Origin: Squalus acanthias
Lineage: Eukaryota
Length of the DNA: 64,000 nucleotides
Reading direction: 5' to 3'
Assembly (NCBI GenBank): GCA_030390025.1
Contig: JASTWF010000499.1
Location: 62,001-126,000, forward strand
In this document: positions 47,326-60,533 of the stretch, piece by piece
How positions within the stretch are numbered: the stretch's first letter is position 1
How the letters are laid out: each line of letters opens with the position of its first letter
Program-made: the position numbers and the translations under genes
The notes under the pieces: generated by a model
What the model was told of the DNA's origin: nothing
Seen by the model: the letters and a program-made list of their open reading frames with translations, nothing else
Database searches by the model: none

Positions 47326-48290
47326 AGGCCCAACCATCTTCAGCTGCTTCATCAATGACCTTCCCTTCATCATAACGTCAGAAGTGGGGATGTTCACTGA
47401 TGATTGCACAGTGTTCAGTGCCATTCGCAACTCCTCAGATAATGAAGCAGTCCATGCCTGCATGCAGCAAGACCTGGACGACATTCAGGCTTGGGCTGAT
47501 AAGTGGCAGGTAACATTCGCGCCACACAAGTGCCAGGCAATGACTATCTCCAGCAAACGAGCGTCTAACCACTGACCCTTGACATTCAATGGCATTACCA
47601 TCGCCGAATCCCCCACCATCAATATCCTGGGGGTCACCATTGACCAGAAACTTAACTGGACCAGCCACATAAATACTGTGGCAACAAGAGCGAGTCAGAG
47701 ACTGGGTATTCTGCGGCGAGTGTCTCACCTCCTGACTCCCCAAAGCCTTTCCCCCATCTACAAGGCACAAGTCAGGAGTGTGATGGAATACTCTCCACTT
47801 GCCTGGATGAGTTCAGCTCCAACAACACTCAAGAAGCTCGACACCATCCAAGACAAAGCAGCCCGCTTGATTGGCACCCCATCTACCACCTTAAACATTC
47901 ACTCCCTCCACCACCGGCGTACCGTGGCTGCAGTGTGTACCATCTACAAGATGCACTGCAGCAACTCGCCAAGCTTCTTCGGCAGCACCTCCCAAACCTC
48001 TACCACCGAGTAGGACAAGGGCAGCAGGCGCAGGGGAACACCACCACCTCCAAGTTCTCCTCCAATTCACACACCATCCTGACTTGGAAGTATATCAGCC
48101 GTTCCTTCATCGTCGCTGGGTCAAAATCCTGGAACTCCCTCCCTAACAGCACTGTGGGAGCACCTTCACCACACGGACTGCAGCGGTTCAAGGCGGTGGC
48201 TCACCACCACCTTCTCAAGGGTAATTAGGGATGGGCAATAAATGCTGGCCTTGCCAGCAACGCCCACATCCCATGAACAAATAAAAAAAA
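47326..48290 (+). mobile_element. Nested LINE 3' fragment (family of the 43532 element) with A-rich tail
   Basis: PTIFSCFINDLP...MFTDD...LWNSLP-like end; tail GGGATGGGCAATAAATGCTGGCCTTGCCAGC...AAAAAAAA. Confidence 0.88.
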
Positions 48291-49459
48291 GCAATGGCTA
48301 GCATTTATTTAAAGAAGTAATATATAATTTACAACAAATATACATTCCTTTAAGGCACAAAAGCCCCACAGGAAAAGTGGTCCAATCGTGGCTAACAAGA
48401 GAAGTTAAAGATAGTATTAGATCAAAGGAAGAGGCTTATAATATTGCCAAAAAGAGCAGTAAGCCTGAGGATTGGGAGGATTTTAGAATTCAGTAAAGGA
48501 GGACCAAGAAATTAATAAAGAAAGAGTAAATAGAATGAGAGTAAACTAGCGAGAGACATAAAAACAGACTGTAAAAGCTTCTCTAGGTATGTAAAAAGGA
48601 AAAGATTAGCGAAAGTAAATGTGGGTCCCTTACAGGCTGAGATTGGAGAAATTATAATGGGGAATAAGGAAATGGCAGAGAAATTAAACAAATACCTTGT
48701 GTCTGTCTTCACGGAAGAAGATGCAAAAAACCTCCCGGAAATACTGGAGAACCACGGGTCTGGTGAGAATGAGGAACTGAAAGAAATTAGTATTAGTAAA
48801 AAAATAGTACTGGAGAAATTAATGGGACTGAAAGCCGATAAATCCCCTGGACCTGATGGCCTACATCCTAGGGTTTTGAAAGAGGTGGCTATAGAGATAG
48901 TGGATGCATTGGTTGTCATCCTCCAAAATGCCATTGATTCTAGAACGGTTCCCGCAGATTGGAAGGAGGCAAATGTAACCCCACTATTTAAGAAAGGAGG
49001 GAGAGAGAAAACGGGGAACTACAGACCAGTTAGCCTGACATCAGTAGTAGGGAAAATGCTAGAATCTATTATTAAGGACCTGGTAACAGGGCACTAGAAA
49101 ATAATAATAGGATTGGGCAGAGTCAACACGGATTTATGAAAGGGAAATCGTGTTTGACAAATCTGTTCAGAGTTTTTTGAGGTTGTAACTAGTAGAATAG
49201 ATAAGGGGGAACCAGTGGATGTGCTGTATTTGGATTTTCAGAAAGCATTCGATAAGGTGCCACACAAGAGGTTATTAAACAAAATTAGGGCTCATGGGAT
49301 TGGGGGTAATATACTAGCATGGATTGAGGATTGGTTAACCGACAGAAAACAGAGAGTAGGAATAAACGGGTCATTTTCGGGTTGGCAGGCTGTAACTAGT
49401 GGGGTACTGCAAGGTTCAGTGCTTGGGCCTCAACTATTCACATCTAGATCAATGATTTG

Positions 49460-49940
49460 TACAGAACTGTCATAAGTATGAGTGGGAATGACTAAAAAAA
49501 TACCCGAACACGTGAAATAAATTTCAAATAAACATTACATATATAAAATTAATTAAAATGGCATTTAATTAAATATTTTAAACAAAAATTTAATTTTTGG
49601 GGGAAAAAATGTATATGCTTTAACGGGGCTAAAAATAAACTTCCCTTATTGGACAGGGTTTTTAATGTATAAATGAGTGATAAAATGTTATTTTTCTATT
49701 TTTTAAACTCTTATGCTGGTAAACCAGGCGTAAGAATTCCACGGCCTTTCAGCGGGCGGAGGTTGGGCCAATAGCGCCCTTTTCCTGGGGATGTGGCGGA
49801 TCTGTCAAGAGAATTCTTGACAGATCGCAAGTGCCGGGTTTTAGTGCATGTGCTACGCATGCCTAAACCCGGCACGTGTGCAGCCCCTCCGGGCACATGC
49901 GCACCTCGTACGCACCCGTAGGGGTCGCAAAATACGGCCC
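49460..49940. mobile_element. Non-coding insertion within the CR1 RT (unclassified element fragment)
   Basis: AT-rich then GC-rich sequence ending AAAATACGGCCC, replacing ~18 nt of CR1 between INDL and NISK. Confidence 0.6.
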
Positions 49941-50879
49941 AATATATCCAAGTTTGCTGATGATACAAAGCTGGGTGGGACTGTAAGTTATGAGGAGGAT
50001 GCAAAGAGGCTTCAAGGGGATATAGACAGGCTAAGTGAGTGGGCAAGAACAAGACAAATGGAATATAATGTGGAGAAATGTGAAGTTATCCACTTTGGTC
50101 GGAAAAATAGAAAAGCAGAGTATTTTTTAAATGGTGAGAGATTGGGAAATGTTGGTGTTCAGAGGGACCTGGGTGTCCTTGTACACGAATCACTGAAAGT
50201 TAACATGCAGGTACAGCAAGCAATTAGGAAAGCAAATGGTATGTTGGCCTTTATTACAAGAGGATTTGAGTATAAGAGTAAAGACGTCTTACTGCAATTA
50301 TATAGGGCCCTGGTGAGACCACACCTGGAGTATTGTGTACAGTTTTGGTCTCCTTACCTAAGGAAGGATATACTTGCCATAGAGGGAGTGCAACGAAGGT
50401 TCACCAGACTGGTTCCTGGGATGGGGGGATTGTCCTATGAGAAGAGATTGAGTAGACTAGGCCTGTATTCACTAGAGTTTAGAAGAATGAGAAGTGATCT
50501 CATTGAAACATACAAAATTATTACAGGGCTTGACAGGGTAGATGCAGGGAGGATGTTTCCCCTGGCTGGGGAATCTAGAACCAGAGGTCACAGTCTCAGG
50601 ATAAGGGGTCGGCCATTTGGGACTGAGATGAGGAGGAATGTCTTCACTCAGAGGGTGTTGAACCTGTGGAATTCTCTACCCCAGAGGGCTGTGGAGGCTC
50701 AGTCACTGAGTGTATTCAAGACCCAGATCGATAGATTTTTGAATATTAAGGGAACCAAGGGATGTGGGGATAGTGCAGGAAAGTGGAGATGAGGAAGATG
50801 AGCCATGATCTTATTGAATGGTGGAGCAGGCTCGAGGGCCCGAATGGCCCACTCCTGCTCCAGGTCCTTTTGTTCTGAT

Positions 50880-51400
50880 GAGGTCACCGGCTGGGCGCCG
50901 CGCATGCTCAGGAGGCAGAACTCAGGCCGACAATCCGGCCGCTGCTGCGCCTGCGCGCTGGGGTCACCGGGGCAACCGCGCGTGGGCTCCTGGGTAAGGT
51001 GAACGGGCGGCCGTTGAGGCCGAGTCACCGACGGAAAGTGAGTTTGCTGCACCGAGTTAGCTGGCGGTTGGGCGGGGAGATGGTACAGGGGGCGAGAGAG
51101 AGAGAATAAAGTAAAATACAAACCCGAGAGTCCGGCGGGAGCTCCCCGGACACCGAATGGAGCGGATTCAGCCGCGTCCATCACTCGGGGTGGCGGAGTG
51201 AACTGGCGCACGTGACCCCGGGGCGCGGCCTGACTGACGGGAGCTCGGACCAATAGGAAGTGTGGGGCGGGACTGGAGGACCGAGCGGGCGGCGGGTCCT
51301 CCAACCAATGGCGGTGCAGCAAGGGGGCGGGGCCTGGTGAGCAGCTCAGGTGCGCTGGGGCCGATTGTGACGCGCTGTCCCCAGGTGAGAGCAGCTCAGT
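50880..51400. promoter_or_regulatory. CpG island / promoter
   Basis: Dense CpG, NRF1-like GCGCATGC and TGCGCCTGCGC, CCAAT x2, GC boxes GGGGCGGG, donor-like GGTAAG. Confidence 0.7.
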
Positions 51401-54400
51401 CAGCACAGAGCTGGGGCTGGAATCTGGGAGAGGGGCCACAGTCAGCGGGCCTGGCAAAGGGCCAGTCACTGATTGAATGGTAGGGATAAGGGGAGACTAA
51501 CCCAACATCATATCTGTAGCTTAAGTAGATAGACTTTTAAGCGAAATGATGGGACCGATTGCTGCAATTCCTGTGCCATGTGGGAACTCCAGGACGCTTC
51601 ACGTGTCCCGGATAACCGCGGGTGCAGGAAGTGCCTCCAGTGGCTGGAACTCGAGCTCAGGGTTTCTGAGCTTGAGGAGCGGCTGGAGTCACTGCAGGGC
51701 AGACGGGAGGCTGAGAATTTCCCGGAGTCCACGTTGCAGGAGGTGGTCACCCCGCAGCTACGGAGAGTTCATGGGAATTGTAACTGGGTGGCCGTCCGGC
51801 AGGGTAGGAAGAGGCAGGCAGTGCAGGAATCCTCCGGGAGTGTGGCACTCTCAAACCGGTTTTCAGTGCTGACCAATGGTGAGGGTGACAACACCTCGGG
51901 GGAGTGCAGTCTGGAGCGCATCCACTGCACTGTGGGGCAAATGACTGCACAGGGGGGGCACAGCAAAGTGTAGAAATGCAGTGGTCATAGGGGATTCGAT
52001 AGTCAGGGGGATAGACAGGTGTTTCTGCAACCCCGGATGTGAGTCCCGCCCAGTGTGTTGTCTCCCTGGTGCCAGGGTAAAGGACATCACGGAGAGGGTG
52101 CAGAACATTTTATGGGGGGGGAGTTGAACAGTTCGGAGTCATGGTCCATGTGGGAACCAATGACACAGGAAAGAAAAGGGTTGTGGTCCTGCAGTCAGTG
52201 TTTCAGGAACTCTGGAGGAAATTAAAGAGCAGGACCTGAAAGGTAGCAATCTCTGGATTACTCCCAGTGCCATGCACTAGTGAGTATAGGAATAGTCGGA
52301 TAAGACAGGTTAACACGTGGCTGGAGAAATGAAGCAGGAAGGAGGACTTCAGATTCCTGGGGCATTGGGACCAGTTCTGGGGCAGGAGGGACCTGTCCAA
52401 GGTGGACGGGTTGCACCTCAACAGAGCTGGGACCAACATCCTCACGGGAAGGTTAACTGGTGCTGTGGGGGAGGGTTTAAACTAATTTGGCAGGGGGTGT
52501 GCTCCAGGATGAAACATTAGAGAGGAGAAACAAGGTGCACAGAGGACATGGAGAGGCAAATAGCACTAGATTAAAGAATAGTTCAGAAATGGGAGGGATC
52601 AGACAGGGGGGGCAAATGCGAAGCAGTCTAAGATGGGTTTGGAGTGCATGTGCGTAAATGCACGGAGCGTGAGAAATAAGGTTGGTGAGCCACAGGCACA
52701 AGTCACCACATGGGACAATGATATAGTGGGAATAACAGAGACCTGGCTCAAAGAAGGGGAGGATTGGGAACTTAATATTTCTGGCTACAAGGTATTCAGG
52801 AAAGAGAGGGAAGGGAAAAAAAGGAGGAGGTGGCAATACTGATCAATGAAACTATTATAGCACTGGAGAGGGATGATGTAGTTGAGGGAGTGAAAGACAG
52901 AATCTATTTGGTTTGAATTAAGGAACAGTAGAGGAGCTATTACGCTACAGGGTGTATACTATAGGCCACCAAATAATGGGAAGGAGATAATGGAGCAAAT
53001 TTGCAGGCAAATTACAGAAAGATACACGAACTACAGAGTAGTGATAATAGGAGACTTCAATTATCCTAATATAGACTGGGATAGCAACAGTCTAAAGGGC
53101 AAAGAGGGGGAGGAATTCCTGAAATGCGTACAAGAGAACTTTCTTGAACACTCTTTCCAGCCCAACGAGGAAGGAAGCAGAGCTGGATCTAGTTCTGGGG
53201 AATGAAGTGGAGCATGTTTCAGTGGGGGAGCATTTGGGGAACAGTGATCAGAACATCGTCAGGTTAAAAATAGTTATGGAAAAGGACAAGTGTAAAAATA
53301 TTTAACTGGAGGAGGGCTAACTTCAGTGAGTTGAAAAGGGATTGGAATCAAAAGTTGGTAGGCAAAACAGTAATTGAACAATGGGAGGGCTTCAAAGAGG
53401 AGATGGTTTGTGTACAGAGTAGACACATTGCCATGAGGGGGAAAGGAAGGGCATCCAAAGCTAGAGCTCCCTGGATGACTAAAGATATAGAGGTTAAAAT
53501 AAGACAGAAAAAGGAGGCTTATGACAATTCTAAGGTTAATAAGATAGTAGAAAACCAAGCTGAATATAGAAAGCACAGAGGAGATATAAAAAGGGAATAA
53601 GAGGGGCAAAGAGAGAGTATGAGAATAGATTAGCGGCTAACATAAAAGGGAACCCAAAAGTCTTTTATAAACACATAAATAGTAAAAGGGTAGTCAAAGG
53701 AAGGCTGGGGCCGATTTGGGACCAAAAACATCATCTTGTGGAGGCAGAGGGCAATGGCTGAGGTACTAAATGAGTACTTTACTTCAGTCTTCACAAGAGA
53801 AGAGGATGCTGCCAATGTAGCAGTAAAGGAGGAGGCAGTAGCAATATTGCATAGGATAAAAATAGATGAAGAGGATGTACAAGGTTGGGGGACTTTAATC
53901 TTCATATAGACTGGACAAATCAAATTGGCAAAGGTAGTCTGGAGGACGAGTTCATGGAATGCATTCGGGACAGTTTCCGAGAACAATATGTCATGGAACC
54001 AACCAGGGAACAGGCTATTTTATATCTTGTATTGTGTAATGAGATAGGGTTAATTAGCAATCTCATAGTAAAGGATCCTCTGGGGCAGAGTGATCATAGC
54101 AGAAATGTTAAACAAATATTTTGCATCTGTCTTCACAGTAGAAGACACAAAAAGCATACCGAAAATGGTGGGGAACCAAGGGGCTAATGAGGGTGGGGAA
54201 CTTAACGTAATTAATATAAGTAGACAAAAAGTACTAGAGAAACTAATGGGACTAAAAGCCGACAAACCCCCTGGAACTGACGGCCTACATCCTAGGGTTC
54301 TAAAAGAGGTGGCTGGAGAGATAGTGGATGCATTGGTTTTGATCTTCCAAAATTCCCTAGATTCTGGAATGGTCCCAGCGGATTGGAAGGTCGCAAATGT

Positions 54401-55845
54401 AACACCGCTATTCAAGAAAGGAGGGAGAGAAAAAACGGAACTACAGGCCAGTTAGCCTGACTTCAATCATCGGGAAAATGCTGGAATCCATTGTTAAGGA
54501 AGTGGTATCAAGTCACTTAGAAAATCATAACATGATTAGGCAGAGTCAACATGGTTTTATGAAAGGTAAATCGTGTTTGACAAATTTATTAGAGTTTTTT
54601 GAGGATGTAACTAGCAGGGTAGATAAAGGGGAGTCAGTGGATGTAGTATATTTGGATTTCCAAAAGGCATTCGATAAGGTGCCACATAAAAGGTTATTAC
54701 ACAAGATTAGGGCTCATGGGGTTGGGGGGTAATATAGTAGCTTGGATAGAGGATTGGTTAACGGACAGAAAACAGAGAGTAAGGATAAACGGATCTTTTT
54801 CAGGTTGGCAGGCTGTAACTAGTGGGGTGCCGCAAGGATCAGTGTTGGAGCCTCAGCTATTTACAATCTATATTAATGACCTTGATGAAGGGACTGAGTG
54901 TAATGTATCCAAATTTGCTGATGATACAAAGCTAGGTGGGACAGTAAGCTGTGAGGAGAACACTAAGAGTCTGCAAAGGGATATAGATAGACTAAGTGAG
55001 TGGGCAGTAAATTGGCAGATGGAGTATAATGTAGGGAAATGTGAGGTTATTCACTTTGGTAGGAAGAATAGAAAAACAGATTATTTTTTAAATGGTGAGA
55101 AACTTTCAAATGTTGGTGTTCAGAGAGATTTGGGTGTCCTCGTGCAAGAAACACAGAAAGCTAGCATGCAGGTACAGCAAGCAATAAGGAAGGCAAATGG
55201 CATGTTGGCCTTTATTGCAAGGGGGTTGGAGTATAAGAGTAAGGAAGTCTTGCTACAATTGTACAGGGCCTTGGTGAGACCACACCTGGAGTACTGTGCA
55301 CAGTTTTGGTCTCCTTATCTGAGGAAGGATATACTTGCCTTGGAGGCGGTGCAACGAAGGTTCACTGGATTGATTCCTGGGATGAGAGGGCTATCCTATG
55401 ATGAGAGATTGTGTAGAATGGGCCTATACTCTCTGGAGTTTAGAAGAATGAGAAGTGATCTCATTGACACATATAAGATTCTGAAGGGGATTGACAGGGT
55501 CGATGCTGAGAGGTTGTTTCCCCTGGCTGGAGTGTCTAGAACTAGGGGGCATAGTCTCAGGATAAGCGGTAGGCCATTTAAGACTGAGATGAGGAGGAAT
55601 TTCTTCACTGAGGGTTATGAATCTTTGGAATTCTCTGCCCCAGAGAGCTGTGAATGCTGAGTCTTTGTGTATATTCAAGGCTGAGATAGATAGATTTTTG
55701 GACTCTAGGGGAATCAAGGGATATAGAGATTGGGTGGGAAAGTGGAGTTGAGGCCGATGATCAGCCATGATCTTATTGAATGACGGAGCAGGCTCGAGGG
55801 GCCGTATGGCCCACTCCTGCTCTTATTTCTTATTTCTTATGTTCT
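51400..55845 (+). mobile_element. Degenerate CR1 (ORF1 and APE to ~53885) joined to a second CR1 (53886-55845, RT and 3' end)
   Basis: CRKCLQWLELELRV, VIGDSIVRG, HVGTND, NARSVRNK; second GDFN at 53890; RT 54716-55660. Confidence 0.88.
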
Positions 55846-55929
55846 TCTCTGCTGGGTTTTGGCAGGAATCGAGGAAAAAACAGCTGGAAATTCCCTGATC
55901 TGTGATTTACAAGGACACTTTCCCTGGTG

Positions 55930-56490
55930 CATAAGAACATAAGAAATAGGAGCTGGCATAGGCCATTCGGCCCCTCGAGCCTGCTCCGCCATTCAATAAG
56001 ATCATGGCTGATCTGATCTTGGCCTCAACTCCACTTTCCTGACCGCTCCCCATAACCCTTGATTCCCCTGTTTTTCAAAAATCTGTCTATCTCCACCTTC
56101 AATGACTCAGCCTCCACAGCTCTCTGGGGTAGAGAATTCCAAAGATTCACGACCCTCAGAGAAGAAATTCCTCCTCATCTCCGTTTTAAGTGGGTGACCC
56201 CTTATTCTGAAACTATGCCCCCTAGTTCTAGATTCCCCCACTAGGGGAAACATCTACCCTGTCAAACCCCCTCAGAATCTTATGTTTCAATAAGATCACC
56301 TCATTCTTCTAAACTCCAATGAGTATAGGCTCAACCTCTCCTCATAAGACAACCCCTTCAACTCAGGAATCAACCTAGTGAAGCTTCTCTGAACTGCATC
56401 CAATGCAAGTGTATCGTTCCTTAAATAAGGAGAGCAGAACTGTACGCAGTACTCCAGGTGTGGTCTCACTAACGCCCTGTACAGTTGTTC
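55930..56490 (-). mobile_element. CR1 3' fragment
   Basis: LYRALVRPHLEYCVQF; ATAAGAACATAAGAA tail. Confidence 0.88.
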
Positions 56491-58969
56491 CCAGCAGTTA
56501 CTTTTCTTCAGTACTGTTCTCATTATCACTAAACTACCCTCCTGCTGTTAATTTTGTTATTTCTTATAGTTTCACAATTATAGGTATAAACATCACACAT
56601 TATAATATAATCTATTCTATTACTCACTCTGGTTTAAGCTTATATTGTGGTTAATAACAGACACACCCTGTTCTTCTCCCTGATCTGATTACAGATTCCA
56701 ACCAGTCGATTCAGTGAATGGAATGTCTTATCAGTGTTGCCATGGTGACCTGTCTGCAGTGAAACGCCTGTTGAGTTTCTAACTCAGACTAAACTTCTCT
56801 TTCCCACAATACACATTATATCAGACATTTGATCTCGATGTATTTTAGCCATGTTATGTTAATATCTCTAAAATCTACAGGGAGATCAGATACACAAATC
56901 TTTAAAAGTTGGAGGACAAGTTTATAAAGTGGTTTAAAAATGTTACCCGAGGTTTTTTATAAATGGGGCGTAGAAAACAAAACCATCGGTTCGGCTGCAG
57001 TTAGAATAAGTTTTGGGAATCTTACACTAGGAAGGATGTCGGGGCCACAGAGAGGCTGCAGAATAAATTCACTGAGGTTATACCACGGATGAGAGGCTTT
57101 AGTTATCAGAGAATCAGAGAACGATACAGCACAAAAGGTGGCCATTCGGCCCATCATGCTTGTGCCAGCTCTTTGGGAGAGCTATCCAATTAGTCCCACT
57201 CCCTTGCTCTTTCCCCATATCCCGGTAAATGTTTTCCCTTCAAATATTTATCCAATTCCCTTTTGAAAGTTACTCTTGAATCTGCTTCCTCCACCCTTTC
57301 AGGCAGTGCATTTCAGATCATAACTCGCTGGGTAAAGAAATGTTTCCTCATGATGACCTGTCTGCAGTGAAGCGCCTGTTTGAGTTTCTAACTGAGGCGA
57401 ACTTCTCTTTCCCAGGAGGAGAGACGAGAGAAACTGGGGCACTTCTCATTAGAACAAAGCAGGGTGAGAGGAGATGTGAGCGAGGTGTTTAAACTTGATC
57501 AACGACACCGACCAAAATATCAGAGACACTCCCTGTCCTTCAGGACCTGTGTCCAGGGGAGAAGCTGATGGGTTTATCAGATCATCTTTGGGTTAAATGT
57601 TGTGCTTGTGGAGCTGAGCCCCTAGTGTCAGCATCAAACACTCTCCAGTCGGGTACAGCACGGGTTAGATACAGAGTAAACCCATCAGCCGCTCCCCGAC
57701 ACAGATACCGAGGGACAGGGAGTGTCCGGGACAATGACATTTCTCACTCAATAAGGTATAAATTGATCCTGTACCTCTCCCCATGGGGCGAATCCTGCTC
57801 CTGTTTCCCTTCCTGTAACAGCACTGAGCTAAACCCAGCCCATAATGAGCAGGGCTCAGGGAGGTTGGTTGCTAGGAGCTGCAGTGATGTCATAAAGCAG
57901 GGCCATTCAGCCCAGCTGGTCGTCTCCTTGTCCCTTTAAAGGTGGAGAGCGGGGACACCCTGTCTCCAAACACATCCCACCTGTTCATACTGAGAATCCC
58001 TGGGGAAGGCCCAAGGCCCAGAGTGTGGAACACAACCAAGGGGGAAAGAGGAGGAGAGAAGGGGAGGAAAATCAAGGACTCGGGACTGAGGGACACCAAG
58101 CTTCAGTTTAGAGCCTGTAGACTTCAGGAGGGGAAGAGTGAGTTCAGTAATTTTCGGATCCAGGGAGAGAACAAGGAGCAGATGGGGAGACTGGTGTGGA
58201 TTCCAGCACAGTGAGGATGTAGGGGGAGGGAGATTGTGTCGGGCCGTGTATTAGGGGTGTAGGAGGGACAAGAGAGGAAAGGTCAGAGGAGCAATTACTG
58301 CAGCATTGCCCATAAATAGTGAGAGAGAGAGAAGGTGGGGGTTCGAGTGGACCAGGGACAGTCTGTTAAACTCGCTGTTTGCTGTGACCAGTTTTCCTTC
58401 AGTTAAAAATGGCCTCCTGTAGCCCAGTGACACAAACAGCCCATTAAACTCCACCAATGGCCTTTGGTCTGGTGAGGTCTCCCTTTGTGAAACATCGGCT
58501 GTTGTTAAAGCTTTTCATTCTGACACGCTCACACTGAGAAATCAGCTGCAGAACTGCCGACACCATCAGCTTTAAGGAGACGTTTCCCTTTGGAGATCAG
58601 ATTGTCCATTGAGTTTGATGAAATTGATGTTAAAGTAACAAGGCTGCTTTGCCCCGTGACAATAACAGATTATCAGAATATTTCCCATAGGTTAAAATCC
58701 AATATGACAGGAACTCACTGCCCTGGATGGTTGAAGTGGACCCGATGATATAATAGAATTTTCTGTCCTGTCAGACTTGGACATCTTGTAGATCCATCTT
58801 TTAGAAAGTTGTGGGAAACAAAGCTCATTTATTTGACATTGATACAGATTAAACTCCAGCCCAGTTATAGGGGTTATTAACATCAGCTGAAACAAACCCC
58901 AACTGTCAGAATGAACATGGTTCAGTCCTGGATGTGATTAACAGCAGCAATAACAACAGAATCCAACCC

Positions 58970-59400
58970 CTACAGACACTTGTGAACTCGCTGGTGTGTC
59001 CGCAGGTTGGATGAATGAGTGAATCCCTTCCCACACACGGAGCAGGTGAACGGCCTCTCCCCAGTGTGAATGCGTCGATCAATTTCCAGCTCAGACAGGT
59101 AATTGAATTCCTTCCCGCAGTCCCAACATTTCCACGGTTTCTCCGTGGTGCGGGTGTCCTTGTGTCTCTCCAGGTTGGATGATCAGTTGAAGCCTCATCC
59201 ACACACAGAACACGTGTACGGTTTCTCCCCGCTGTGAACGGTGCGGTGTTTTTTCAGGCTGTGTAACTGGTTAAAGCTCTTTCCACAGTCAGTGCACTGG
59301 AACACTCTCACTCGGGTGTGTGTGTCTCAGTGCTTTTCCAGTCACACTGATGTTTGAAATCTTTTCCCACAGACAGAACAGACAAACATTTCTCCTTCCA
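58970..59400 (-). pseudogene. Truncated C2H2 zinc-finger paralog
   Basis: Near-identical to 60530-60780; fingers CWDC (His lost) and CSVC...HQRVH; two in-frame TGAs upstream. Confidence 0.8.
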
Positions 59401-59942
59401 GATTCAGAGGCCAATGATACTCAGCCTGTTACTATAACTGGACTTGTCTCCATTCCCGTGCCGAGGGGATTGCTGTACCAGACGGGAGGGGCAACATTTG
59501 GGGACTCTCGATTCTCCACCAATTCCCATTCCCCTTCTTTCTGGTGGATAATGGAGGTGCCACTGTGTGTAATGTGCAAGTCAGTAAGAGTTGTCAGCGA
59601 GGATTAATCAGCACTTTCTAATTGGAGATGTTAATCATTGGACTTTTCAGACACTGAATTGCACCAAAGATTAATATCGGAGTGAAGTAAAATATTTAAT
59701 TTTTTTGTAAACTAATTTCTGATGAGAATCCCTGAATTAAGGGGAAAGATCACAGACAGCGGTTCTTAAACGAACACTGCAGCCCCGAGATCACAATCAG
59801 CTATATATCCAGAATATTAAACTCCAGCCAAGTTATAGGGTTATTAACATCAGCAGAAACAAACCCCAACTGTCAGAATAAACATGGTTCAGTCCTGGAT
59901 GTGATTAACAGCAGCAATAACAGCAGAATCCAACCCCTGCAG

Positions 59943-60533
59943 TCACTTGTGAACTCGCTGGTGTCTCAGCAGGTGGGATGAACGAGCGAATCCCTTCCCA
60001 CACACGGAGCAGGTGAACGGCCTCTCCCTAGTGTGAATTCTCTGGTGTGTCAGCAGTGTGGATGACTGAGTGAATCCCTTCCCACACACGGAGCAGGTGA
60101 ACGGCCTCTCCCCAGTGTGAACTCGCTGGTGTGTCAGCAGGTTGGATGATTTCGTGAATCCCTTCCCACACACGGAGCAGGTGAATGGCCTCTCTCCAGT
60201 GTGAAATCGCTGGTGTGCCAGCAGGTTGGATGATTTAGCGAAACCCTTCCCACACATGGAGCAGGTGAACGGCCTTTCCCCAGTGTGAGTGTGTTGGTGT
60301 ACAATGAGATTGGATGACTGCCTGAACCTCTTCCCACAGTGAGAGCAACTGAATGGTTTATCGTCAGTGTGAACTCGCTGGTGTCTCAGTAGGTGGGATG
60401 AATTAGTGAATCCCTTCCCACACATGGAGCAGGTGAACGGCCTCTCCCCGGTGTGACTGTAGCGATGAGTTTTCAGCTCAGACGGGCAATTGAATCCCTT
60501 CCCACAGTCCCCACATTTCCACGGTTTCTCCGT
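59943..60533 (-). CDS. C2H2 Kruppel-type zinc-finger protein, 7 fingers; start uncertain (ACG 60533 or ATG 60425)
   Basis: TGERPF linkers, CxxC...HxxxH x7; exon acceptor ttttacag gives exon start 60897; upstream degenerate fingers contain TGA. Confidence 0.8.
   Translation of the reverse strand, partial: TEKPWKCGDCGKGFNCPSELKTHRYSHTGERPFTCSMCGKGFTNSSHLLRHQRVHTDDKPFSCSHCGKRFRQSSNLIVHQHTHTGERPFTCSMCGKGFAKSSNLLAHQRFHTGERPFTCSVCGKGFTKSSNLLTHQRVHTGERPFTCSVCGKGFTQSSTLLTHQRIHTRERPFTCSVCGKGFARSSHLLRHQRVHK

Larger units (their letters stand above)
45571..50870 (+). mobile_element. CR1 ORF2 host element interrupted by three insertions
   Basis: KALYLNAR (45780) resumes as NKADELIA...ITETW (46594); breaks at 47325 and resumes 48291; breaks at 49459 and resumes 49941. 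Confidence 0.88.
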
